A DNA stretch of 64,000 bases from Myxococcota bacterium (GTDB lineage Bacteria > Myxococcota_A > UBA9160 > UBA4427), in contig OZ252299.1 in the NCBI GenBank assembly GCA_965250285.1, positions 1,792,001 through 1,856,000 on the forward strand. The letters are read 5' to 3'. The notes under the pieces were generated by a model. The model had not been told where the DNA came from. It was given only the letters and a program-made list of their open reading frames with translations, and did no database searches. How positions within the stretch are numbered: the stretch's first letter is position 1; every line of letters starts with the position of its first letter. A program made the translations under genes and the position numbers. Shown here piece by piece: positions 1-8,158 of this stretch.

Positions 1-18
1 GCGTCTCCTCGCCCGTGG

Positions 19-1500
19 TCAGCCCGGGTACGAAGCCGGCACGGCGATGACCTTCGTCTCGAGGTGCTCCTCGAAGCCCATCACGCCGTTCTCGCGCCCG
101 ATCCCGCTCTGCTTGTAGCCGCCGAAGGGCGTGTCGGGATGGAACCACTGGCTGCCGTTGACGCTGAGCGTGCCCGTTCGGATCCGGCGTGCCACGGCCA
201 GCGCGCGGTCGACGCTCGCAGAGCTGACGGCCCCGGACAGGCCGTACTCGTTGTCGTTGGCGATCCGCACCGCATCGTCGTCGTCCTCGTACGGGATCAC
301 GCAGAGCACGGGGCCAAAGATCTCTTCTTGGGCGATCGTCGACTGGGGGTCGACGTTCGCGAACAAGGTGGGCTCCACGAAGTAGCCCTTCTCGAGGTGG
401 GCCGGGATGCCCCCGCCCACGACACACTCGGCGCCCTCTTCCTTGCCCTTGTCGATGTAGGCGAGCACGCGCTCCTGCTGGCGCTTGCTGATCTGGGGCC
501 CCTGCATGTTGCCCGGATTCGTGGGGTCGCCGTAGTTCCAGCCCGAGAAGGCGGCCTTCAAGAGATCGACGGCCTCGTCATGTCGCGCGCGGGGCACCAG
601 CATGCGGGTGGTGATCGCGCAGCCCTGGCCACCGTGTACGCAGGTCATGGCGCCCATCGGTACGACCGCCTCGAACGCGGCGTCCTCGAGGATCACGTTC
701 GCGCTCTTACCGCCGAGCTCGAGGAAGATCTTCTTGAGCGTCGGCGCAGCGCACTCGGCGATGCGCCGGCCGGTGGCGGTCGAGCCCGTGAACGACACGA
801 GGTCGATGCGCGGATCCGTCGAGAGGATCTCACCCGTGAGGTGGTCGGCCGACGCGACGATGTTCACGACGCCCGCCGGGATGTCGGTCTTCTCGGCGAT
901 GATCTTCGCAATGTGGGTCGCCGACCACGGCGTATCAGGGGCCGGCTTGAGCACGACGGTGCAGCCCGACGCAAGCGACGGGGCGATCTTGGCGATGTTG
1001 AGATAAAGGGGAACGTTCCAGGGCGTGATGGCACCGACCACCCCCATCGCTTCACGGCGCAGGATACGACCCTGCGGGTTGTCCATGAAGTCGACGTCGG
1101 CCATCCGCGTCTCGTACTCGTACGAGCCGGCGAGATCGGCCCAGTACGTCACCATCTCGATCGGATTGTCGACGTGCATGAAGCCCGTCAGCGCGAGTGG
1201 AGCGCCCGCCTCGTGCACGACGATCGCCCTCAACTGCTCCTTCTCTTCGATCAAGCCGTCGTAGAGCTGACGCAGGCACTTTGCACGAAACGCGTGATTC
1301 TCGGCCCAGTCGGTCTCGTCGAAGGCGCGCCGTGCGGCCCCGACGGCGTTCAGCATGTCGTCCTTGGTGCCATCGGGCGCCACGCCGAGCAGGGCCTCCG
1401 TGCTCGGGCTCACGTTGTCGAACGTGTTGCCATTGCTCGCGTCGACGAGAGCCCCGTCGATCAGGTTCTGCGTGCCGGGTGCGAGAGCTTCGAGAGACAT
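19..1500 (-). CDS. Aldehyde dehydrogenase (NAD(P)+)
   Basis: Motifs ITPWNVP, FTGSTATG, LELGGKS, GQGC (catalytic Cys), EEIFGPV, PFGGYKQSG. Start reset to the ATG at 1500 (MSLEAL), preceded by AGGAGG. Confidence 0.93.
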   Translation of the reverse strand: MSLEALAPGTQNLIDGALVDASNGNTFDNVSPSTEALLGVAPDGTKDDMLNAVGAARRAFDETDWAENHAFRAKCLRQLYDGLIEEKEQLRAIVVHEAGAPLALTGFMHVDNPIEMVTYWADLAGSYEYETRMADVDFMDNPQGRILRREAMGVVGAITPWNVPLYLNIAKIAPSLASGCTVVLKPAPDTPWSATHIAKIIAEKTDIPAGVVNIVASADHLTGEILSTDPRIDLVSFTGSTATGRRIAECAAPTLKKIFLELGGKSANVILEDAAFEAVVPMGAMTCVHGGQGCAITTRMLVPRARHDEAVDLLKAAFSGWNYGDPTNPGNMQGPQISKRQQERVLAYIDKGKEEGAECVVGGGIPAHLEKGYFVEPTLFANVDPQSTIAQEEIFGPVLCVIPYEDDDDAVRIANDNEYGLSGAVSSASVDRALAVARRIRTGTLSVNGSQWFHPDTPFGGYKQSGIGRENGVMGFEEHLETKVIAVPASYPG

Positions 1501-1568
1501 CGGGTCCTCCTGGCAGGTTTCGGTGACGGGCGCGCCCGCCGATCGTGGCGCGGTCGATCGAGGTTCGC

Positions 1569-2324
1569 TCAGGGCCGCATGATCTGGCCGCCGTCGACGT
1601 TCATCACCTGGCCAGTGATCCACGCCGCGCCGTCCGAGAGCAGGAAGAGCAGCATGTCGACGTGATCCGCCGGCTGCCCGACCCGCGACAGCGGCAGCTG
1701 CTGCACGATCTGGTCCGCCGCGGCGCCGGCCGTCTTCTTGAGCGCCTCGGTGTCGGTGGGCCCGGGCGCGATTGCGTTGACCCGAATACCCATGTGGCCG
1801 ACCTCGCGCGCCACCGCCTGGGTGATGCCGTTGACCCCGAGCTTCGCCAGGCCGTAGAAGCCGACGCCCATCCACGCCGCGGTGGACGATTGGTTGACGA
1901 TGGCGCCCCCGCCACGCTGCTTCATCGATGGAACGCAGGCGCGCGTGCACAGCAGCGCGCCGTCCATGTTCACGTTCATGACCTGCTTGTAGTAGTCCCA
2001 GTCGACGTGGATCAGCCCGGCCAGCTTCATCGTGCCGAAGATCGCCGCGTTGTTGACGAGGAAGTCGATGCCGCCGAACTGCTCGGTCGCGTGGGCGGCC
2101 ATCGCCTGGGTCGACTCGAGCGAGCCGACGTCGGTATGAACGAAGCTCGCCTTCGCGCCGCTTGCCCCGATCTCCGAGGCGACGCGTTCGCCGCCGTCGG
2201 TATCGACGTCGGCGATCACGACCTGCGCGCCCTGCGCGGCCAGGCCCTTGGCGTACGCCTCACCGATGCCGCCGCCTGCGCCGGTCACGATGGCGACCTT
2301 TCCTTCGATGCCGTCGTACTGCAT
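1569..2324 (-). CDS. Short-chain dehydrogenase/reductase (SDR)
   Basis: TGAGGGIG, NNAA, YGLAK (YxxxK), NAIAPG, ITGQVMNVDGG. Confidence 0.93.
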   Translation of the reverse strand: MQYDGIEGKVAIVTGAGGGIGEAYAKGLAAQGAQVVIADVDTDGGERVASEIGASGAKASFVHTDVGSLESTQAMAAHATEQFGGIDFLVNNAAIFGTMKLAGLIHVDWDYYKQVMNVNMDGALLCTRACVPSMKQRGGGAIVNQSSTAAWMGVGFYGLAKLGVNGITQAVAREVGHMGIRVNAIAPGPTDTEALKKTAGAAADQIVQQLPLSRVGQPADHVDMLLFLLSDGAAWITGQVMNVDGGQIMRP

Positions 2325-2429
2325 GGCTGCCTCCTCGGGCTCACCGGGTCACCCCGGTCGGGCGTTCACACGAGCCGACGCGCCGCCCCCCGCACACGCC
2401 GGTCGATGCTGGTCGGCCACGCTACGGCA

Positions 2430-2453
2430 TTTACCATGCGCCTGCAATGTAAA
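2430..2453. promoter_or_regulatory. Putative TetR operator (imperfect palindrome TTTACCATGC-N4-GCAATGTAAA)
   Basis: AT-rich 8/10 inverted repeat in the divergent SDR/TetR intergenic region. Confidence 0.5.
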
Positions 2454-2497
2454 ATGTGATAGCGTGCCGGCGGTCCAACCGACGGAGTCGCTCCCGC

Positions 2498-3148
2498 ATG
2501 TCCCCTCCTGCCGACCGAGCCCATCGAGCCGATGCCACGGCGCGTGGTCGGCGCTCGCACGCCGAGCGCACGGCCGAGACGCGAGCGCGCATCATGGCTT
2601 CGGTCGTCGAGGCGATCGCCGACCTCGGGTTCCAGAAGACGACCGCAGCCGAGATCGCGCGGCGCGCCGGCGTCACGTGGGGCGCGGTGCAGCATCACTT
2701 CGGCGGCAAGGAAGGGATCCTCGTCGCGGTGCTGCAGGATTCGTTCGCGCGTTTCGCGGAGCGCCTCGCCGACGTCGACCGCGACGCCGCTCCGCTCGAG
2801 CAGCGCATCTCGCTCTTCGTCGATCGGGCATGGGAGCACTTCGCGAGTGACGACTACCGCAGCTCGTTCGAGATCTTGTTGAACTTCACCGCCGACGAGC
2901 CGAGCGATGGCGACGGGCTGTGGCGCACCGAGATGCTGGGCGCGTGGGACGGCGTCTGGAGTCGCTTCTTCGGCGACGTCGAGCTTCCGACCCGCCGCAG
3001 GGTCGTCCTGCAGCACTACACGATCTCGGTGCTTTCGGGGCTCGCGACGATGAAGATGCTCGAAGGCCCCGTCGCCCAGATCCGCCGAGAAGAGCTGCAG
3101 CTGTTGAAGGACACCCTGCTCCAGGCGCTCGGTGGCGCCGTCGCGTAG
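2498..3148 (+). CDS. TetR/AcrR family transcriptional regulator
   Basis: N-terminal HTH GFQKTTAAEIARRAGVTWGAVQHHFGGKE. Start reset to ATG 2498, after GGAG. Confidence 0.9.
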   Translation: MSPPADRAHRADATARGRRSHAERTAETRARIMASVVEAIADLGFQKTTAAEIARRAGVTWGAVQHHFGGKEGILVAVLQDSFARFAERLADVDRDAAPLEQRISLFVDRAWEHFASDDYRSSFEILLNFTADEPSDGDGLWRTEMLGAWDGVWSRFFGDVELPTRRRVVLQHYTISVLSGLATMKMLEGPVAQIRREELQLLKDTLLQALGGAVA

Positions 3149-3238
3149 GGCGGCCCGAACCCTCGATCCACCCGAATTCGATCGACCGGTTTCGTCGACA
3201 CACGTCGACCCCGGTCCAAAGACGAAGGAGCCCACAAG

Positions 3239-3625
3239 ATGGCCGATGACGAGCGCTGGCAACGGGGTGCCGACAAGATCAAGGAGGTCTACGCCGGCGA
3301 CGTGATCACGCCGCCGAAGGGCGCGATGGCGTTCTCCGATCTGATGCTCGAGCAGCTCTTCGCCGAGGTCTGGACGCGGGACGTGCTCTCGATGCGCGAC
3401 CGCCGGCTGCTGCTCCTGGGCGCGATCGCGGCGCTCGGCGAGTCGATGACCTTCGGCATTCAGTCGAAGGCCGCCCTGAAGAACGGCGAGCTGGAACCCG
3501 ACCAGCTGCGCGAGTGTCTGCTGTTTCTGACGCAGTACGTCGGCTACCCGCGCGCGGCGGGCCTCGTGGGCGTGATCGAGAACGCCATTCAGGAGGCCGC
3601 GAAGGACGCGACGGCGGGCGACTGA
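3239..3625 (+). CDS. Carboxymuconolactone decarboxylase (CMD/AhpD-like) family protein
   Basis: FAEVWTRDVLSMRDRRL and YVGYPRA motifs; AAGGAG SD. Confidence 0.85.
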   Translation: MADDERWQRGADKIKEVYAGDVITPPKGAMAFSDLMLEQLFAEVWTRDVLSMRDRRLLLLGAIAALGESMTFGIQSKAALKNGELEPDQLRECLLFLTQYVGYPRAAGLVGVIENAIQEAAKDATAGD

Positions 3626-3699
3626 CGCGCTGCGTCGCCGTTTTGCCCCGCTCTCTTGCGTCGCGAGCCGAGGCCCCTATTGTGACACCGTCCGTGTCC

Positions 3700-3714
3700 G
3701 TGACTAAGAGTCAC
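3700..3714. promoter_or_regulatory. Palindrome GTGACT-AAG-AGTCAC, possible operator
   Basis: Perfect 6-bp inverted repeat upstream of the TauD-family gene. Confidence 0.35.
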
Positions 3715-3833
3715 TGTTGACGCAGAACCCCTGATTCCCGGCCTGCTGCCCCCCAAGAGACGCTGCGCGCGGGGGGGCTGCAGGCCCAGCGTGCCGCCGC
3801 TCGTCGGGGCACCACACGTCGAGGAGACCCAGC

Positions 3834-4721
3834 ATGCTCAGCCGCGTGAAGGTCGGGCCCCGGCCCTATCTCGCCCAGCGCTACGAAGCGCTCCAGTCGA
3901 TCCACTTCGACACGTTCAAGGTCAAGCCCCTGGGCGTCAGCCTCGGCGCCGAGATCCAGGGCGTGCAGCTCGCGCGCCTCGACGACGCGACGCTCGAAGA
4001 CATTCGTCGTGCGCTGCTCGCGTACAAGGTCGTGTTCTTTCGCGACCAGGATCTCACGATCGAGCAGCACAAGGCGTTCGCCCAGCGTTTCGGCGAGATC
4101 GAGGAGCACCCGTTCCTGCCGTCGAAGGACGGCAACGCCGACGTGATCCGCTTCGAGAAGAGCGAAGACATCGCCGGCTACGAGAATCAGTGGCACAGCG
4201 ACGTCAGCTGGCGCGAGGTGCCGTCGCTCGGCTCGGTGCTGCGCGCCGTCGAGGTGCCGGACGTCGGCGGCGACACGCTCTTCGCCGACATGGTCGCCGC
4301 CTACGAATGCCTCGACGATGAGATGAAGGAGCGCATCGACGACCTCGTCTGCGTGCACGACTTCATGAACTCGTTCGGCATGCTGCTGAGCGAGGAAGAA
4401 CGCGAGGCGAGGCGCGCCGAGTTCCCGCCCGCGCGTCACCCGCTGGTGCGCACGTGCCCCGAGACCGGCGAGAAGTGCCTGTACGTGAATGCGATCTTCA
4501 CGAGCCATGTCGAAGGCATGGCGCCCGAAGAGAGCGAGGCCCTGCTCGGCGAGCTGGTGCGAGAGAGCGCGTACCCCGAATACCAGGTGCGCTTCAAGTG
4601 GGAGAACGACAGCGTTGCGTTCTGGGACAACCGCGTGACCCAGCACTATGCGGCGAACGACTACTGGCCGCGCCGCCGCGTGATGGAGCGCGTCACGATC
4701 ATCGGTGAGCGCCCCGAATAG
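3834..4721 (+). CDS. TauD/TfdA family Fe(II)/2-oxoglutarate dioxygenase
   Basis: WHSD (HxD), GGDTLFADM, HPLVR, FWDNRVTQH; GAGGAG SD. Confidence 0.92.
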   Translation: MLSRVKVGPRPYLAQRYEALQSIHFDTFKVKPLGVSLGAEIQGVQLARLDDATLEDIRRALLAYKVVFFRDQDLTIEQHKAFAQRFGEIEEHPFLPSKDGNADVIRFEKSEDIAGYENQWHSDVSWREVPSLGSVLRAVEVPDVGGDTLFADMVAAYECLDDEMKERIDDLVCVHDFMNSFGMLLSEEEREARRAEFPPARHPLVRTCPETGEKCLYVNAIFTSHVEGMAPEESEALLGELVRESAYPEYQVRFKWENDSVAFWDNRVTQHYAANDYWPRRRVMERVTIIGERPE

Positions 4722-4742
4722 CGCTCGTCCGCGGTCGGCCGA

Positions 4743-5048
4743 TCAGCCCGAGTGGCCGCCGCGCAGGTAGCAGTCGTTCTTGCGCATGAACTGCGTGCCG
4801 CTCGGCAGCTGGCACGGGACGATCGGGTCGTTTGGATCCTGCTCGACCTCGCGCGGCTCCCGCTTGTAGTACGCGTCGAGCTTCTCGCGGGCGCTCTGGC
4901 CGCCGGTCGCGGCCGCTTCGGGCTTCGCTTCATCGTTCTTGCCGGCGCCCTCATCGAGCATGGCGCCGACCTCGTTGCAGCCGCCGATGGCGGGCACGAG
5001 CGTGAGCAGAGCGAACAACGTGGCTAGGGTGCGGGCTGAGGTGCACAT
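4743..5048 (-). CDS. Hypothetical small lipoprotein
   Basis: Start reset to ATG 5048. Hydrophobic signal ending IGGC (lipobox-like); C-terminal CQLPSGTQFMRKNDC two-Cys motif. Confidence 0.6.
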   Translation of the reverse strand: MCTSARTLATLFALLTLVPAIGGCNEVGAMLDEGAGKNDEAKPEAAATGGQSAREKLDAYYKREPREVEQDPNDPIVPCQLPSGTQFMRKNDCYLRGGHSG

Positions 5049-5125
5049 CCCCTGTGAATCGGCCGATCCGCCGCCCGACCTGAGCCCGCCCGGCGGGCGC
5101 GCACCTGAGCGCTGCCAGGCCGCGC

Positions 5126-5533
5126 TCAGTCGCCGACGTGGACGATGATGCGCCGGGTCCCGGGCCGGTGGCGGTGCTCCCACAGATAGACCCCCTGCCA
5201 GGTGCCGAGCCCCAGGCGGCCGTCGACGACGGGGATCGACAGGCTCGTCGCGGTGAGGGCGGCCTTCACATGGGCGGGCATGTCGTCAGGCCCTTCTGCG
5301 GTGTGCGTGTAGAGCGGGTCGCCCTCGGGCACCAGGCGTTCGAGCCAGCGCTCGAGATCGGCACGAGCCGAGGGGTCGGCGTTCTCCTGGATCACCAGGC
5401 TGGCCGACGTGTGCTGGACGAAGGCCGTGCAGAGCCCATCGGTGACGCCCGACTGGGTGACCACGCGTGCGAGCTCCTGGGTGAACTCGTGCAGGCCGAC
5501 TCCGCCCGGCCGAAGCTGCAGCGTCTCGATCAC
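5126..5533 (-). CDS. yjbQ: YjbQ/UPF0047 family protein (secondary thiamine-phosphate synthase-like)
   Basis: HTSASL, ENADP, HTAEGPDDMPAHVK, LGTWQGVYLWEHR. Confidence 0.9.
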   Translation of the reverse strand: MIETLQLRPGGVGLHEFTQELARVVTQSGVTDGLCTAFVQHTSASLVIQENADPSARADLERWLERLVPEGDPLYTHTAEGPDDMPAHVKAALTATSLSIPVVDGRLGLGTWQGVYLWEHRHRPGTRRIIVHVGD

Positions 5534-5558
5534 CGTCGCCGCCGAGAGCCCGAGGCCC

Positions 5559-5807
5559 TCAGGCTCCCGTCAGCGCGTTCTTCTGATCGGCCGCAGCGCG
5601 ACGGACCCGCGCGCCCTGCAGACGCTCGAGATCGTCGACCAGAAACGGCCGTGCGCCGCCGGTCTCGCCGTCGATGGCCACGTAGTAGCCGAAGGGCAGC
5701 GTGCCCTGCTCGGTCGCGTTCGGATCGGCCATGACCGTGCCACGGCAGCCCGTGTATTCGCTCTGCGGGGCCTTCACGCGCACGCGATCGCCGGGTCGAA
5801 ACGTCAT
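5559..5807 (-). CDS. Small hypothetical protein with SH3/KOW-like N-terminus
   Basis: MTFRPGDRVRV...GCRGTV pattern; GGAGG SD upstream of ATG 5807. Confidence 0.65.
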   Translation of the reverse strand: MTFRPGDRVRVKAPQSEYTGCRGTVMADPNATEQGTLPFGYYVAIDGETGGARPFLVDDLERLQGARVRRAAADQKNALTGA

Positions 5808-5870
5808 CGGAGCATCCTCCTGGGGGCCGGCGAGATGTAGCGAACGTGGCGCCGATGCGCCCACCCGGCG

Positions 5871-7970
5871 TCAGCTGCCGCCGACCCCGCCGACTTGCTC
5901 GGCGACGATCGGCGACGGCGTCCCGACGCAGGCCAGCCACAGCTGGTGGATCGCCCGCGTGGCCGCGACGTGCAGTCGGCGACGCGACGGGTCGTTGTCG
6001 GGATAGTGCGAGCCGTCGACGTCGACCACGATCACGTAGTCGAACTCGAGCCCCTTCACCTGCTCGATGTCGGTCACCTCGACGCCCGACTCGAAGCTGA
6101 AATCCTGATCGACCACGTGGCGCACTCGCGGCAGCTCGCAGCGCGCGAGCCCCTCGAAGTAGAGCGCGCTGCTCTCGCCATCGGGTGCGAGGATCGCGAC
6201 CGAGGCCATCGGCTCGGCCCCGGCGAGCTCGCGGAGTGCGTCGGCGAGGAACGCGACGCAGGCCCCTCGATCGGTGAATCGGAACAGCTCGACGGGCGGC
6301 CCATCGCGGGTCGTCTCGGGCGGCGAGGGCTCTTCGGCGAGCGGCCCGAGCACGCCGTGGGCAAACGACATGATCTGGCTCGATGAGCGGTAGCTCACGC
6401 GCAGGGTCTCGAGCTCGGTGCCCTCGAGCCCCAGGTGACCGAAGAAGCGCGCCCACGAGGTGAAGCCGCTGTGGTTCACGACGCTCTGCTGCGTGTCGCC
6501 GGCCAGGGTGATCGTCGCGCCCGGCGCGAGGCAGCCGAGCAGCACCTGCACCTCGAGCGGCGAGAGATCCTGCACTTCGTCGATCACGAGATGGCGCAGC
6601 GCGTGGCTTCTGCGGCCGCTCGCACGCAGCGGCCCCACACGCAGCTGCCAGGCGCGCAGCAGCAGCGCGTCGTCTTCGAAGTCGAGCTCGGCGTCGGGCT
6701 CGATCTCGCCCGAGAGCAGCGAAAGCACGCGCTCGACGTGGGGATGCTGATCCTCGACGAAGCGCTTGAGATCCTGCTCGCTCACGTCGTCGGCACCCGC
6801 GGCACGCGCGGCTTCGCCCAGCGCGTGGCCATCGATCATCAGCGACGCCCAGTCGTCGACGGCCTGCATCCAGTCGCCCTCACCCGGTCGCTGCTCGACG
6901 TGCCGCTCGAGGGCCTGGCCTACGAACGGGTGCAGCTTGATGCGCTGCACCAGCGAAGGCGTCGTCTCACGCTGCCGTGTCGGGAGGCTCGGAAAGTGCC
7001 GCTGGCGTTCGTCTCCGACCCAGCCTCGGTACGACTCGACGCTGACCCGATCGAGCCCGAGCGACGGGAGCACCCGCTCGACGAAGCGCTGCAGCGCCCG
7101 TGAGAAGACCACCACCAGCGTGTCGGGGCCGTCGAGCGCCGGATCTTCGAAGGCGAGATACGCGACGCGGTGCAAGGCGACGGTGGTCTTCCCCGAACCG
7201 GCGGCCCCTCGAATGACCACGAAGCCCGCGCGGGGCCGCGAGATCAACTCGAACTGATCCGGGTCGATCAGACCGGTGATCTCGGGCAGTCGTTTGTCAG
7301 CGCGCACCGTGTCGCCGCCCGGTGCCGAGCCAAAGCGGCGATCCCTCGCCGAGTCGGCCTCATGGAAGTGAAACGCGGCGCCCTCGCCGCCGTGCAGTCG
7401 CGGGGCCTCGGTGCGCTCGATGCGCCAGCCGTCGGGCTCGCCCGGGTCGGCGACGAAGTCGCCCTCGGGCGACTGGACGCGGTCGAGCGCGCCGTCGCGA
7501 ATGCGGACCATCCGGCGCGCGACGACCTCGCCGATGCGCTCGCGCCCGGCGATCTCTTCGTCGTACTCGTCGCCCTGGCGGTACGAGTAGAAAATCTTCG
7601 AGATGGGTGCGTCCCGCCAATCGACGATGCGCAGCCCCTTCTCGATGCAGGTCGCGTGGCCGAGGCACAGGTCGCGCTCACGACCATCTTCGGCAAGTCG
7701 CAAGTGGGCGAAGTACGGCGAGCGCGGATCGACGCTCGGCCCACCCGCGCTGCGACGCAGCTGATTCAGGATCGCCGACTGGTTGTGATACTGCTCGGTG
7801 AGAGCCGACAGATCCTTGTTGTCGCTGCCCGAGAGGATCTGCGCGCGGATGCGCTCGAGCTCCTGAACGATCGGCTCTTCGCGCGCGCTCTTCTCCGGCC
7901 CGCGCTCACGCAGCTGATCCGTCACCCGCTCGAGCAGGTCCAGCTCTTCATCGACGACCGGATGGGTCAT
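5871..7970 (-). CDS. HelD-like superfamily 1 (UvrD-type) helicase/ATPase
   Basis: PYFAHL, IVDWRDAPIS, GAAGSGKTTVALHRVAYL, DEVQD, GDTQQ, KGLEFD, LHVAATRA. Start reset to ATG 7970. Confidence 0.85.
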   Translation of the reverse strand: MTHPVVDEELDLLERVTDQLRERGPEKSAREEPIVQELERIRAQILSGSDNKDLSALTEQYHNQSAILNQLRRSAGGPSVDPRSPYFAHLRLAEDGRERDLCLGHATCIEKGLRIVDWRDAPISKIFYSYRQGDEYDEEIAGRERIGEVVARRMVRIRDGALDRVQSPEGDFVADPGEPDGWRIERTEAPRLHGGEGAAFHFHEADSARDRRFGSAPGGDTVRADKRLPEITGLIDPDQFELISRPRAGFVVIRGAAGSGKTTVALHRVAYLAFEDPALDGPDTLVVVFSRALQRFVERVLPSLGLDRVSVESYRGWVGDERQRHFPSLPTRQRETTPSLVQRIKLHPFVGQALERHVEQRPGEGDWMQAVDDWASLMIDGHALGEAARAAGADDVSEQDLKRFVEDQHPHVERVLSLLSGEIEPDAELDFEDDALLLRAWQLRVGPLRASGRRSHALRHLVIDEVQDLSPLEVQVLLGCLAPGATITLAGDTQQSVVNHSGFTSWARFFGHLGLEGTELETLRVSYRSSSQIMSFAHGVLGPLAEEPSPPETTRDGPPVELFRFTDRGACVAFLADALRELAGAEPMASVAILAPDGESSALYFEGLARCELPRVRHVVDQDFSFESGVEVTDIEQVKGLEFDYVIVVDVDGSHYPDNDPSRRRLHVAATRAIHQLWLACVGTPSPIVAEQVGGVGGS

Positions 7971-8158
7971 ACCGACTCCGTTCCGTCCAGTGAGAAGCCG
8001 CAGGATTCCCACTTATACGGGACGGCGACGCCCATTCCAACGAAATCTTCGAGTCACCGGGGACGGCTTCGACCCACCGCGAGGCGGGTCGGCGCAGCGG
8101 GGCGAAAAGCGACCCATTTCCGGGCAGTCACGCCGACAATCAAACGCTGTGCTGGAAC

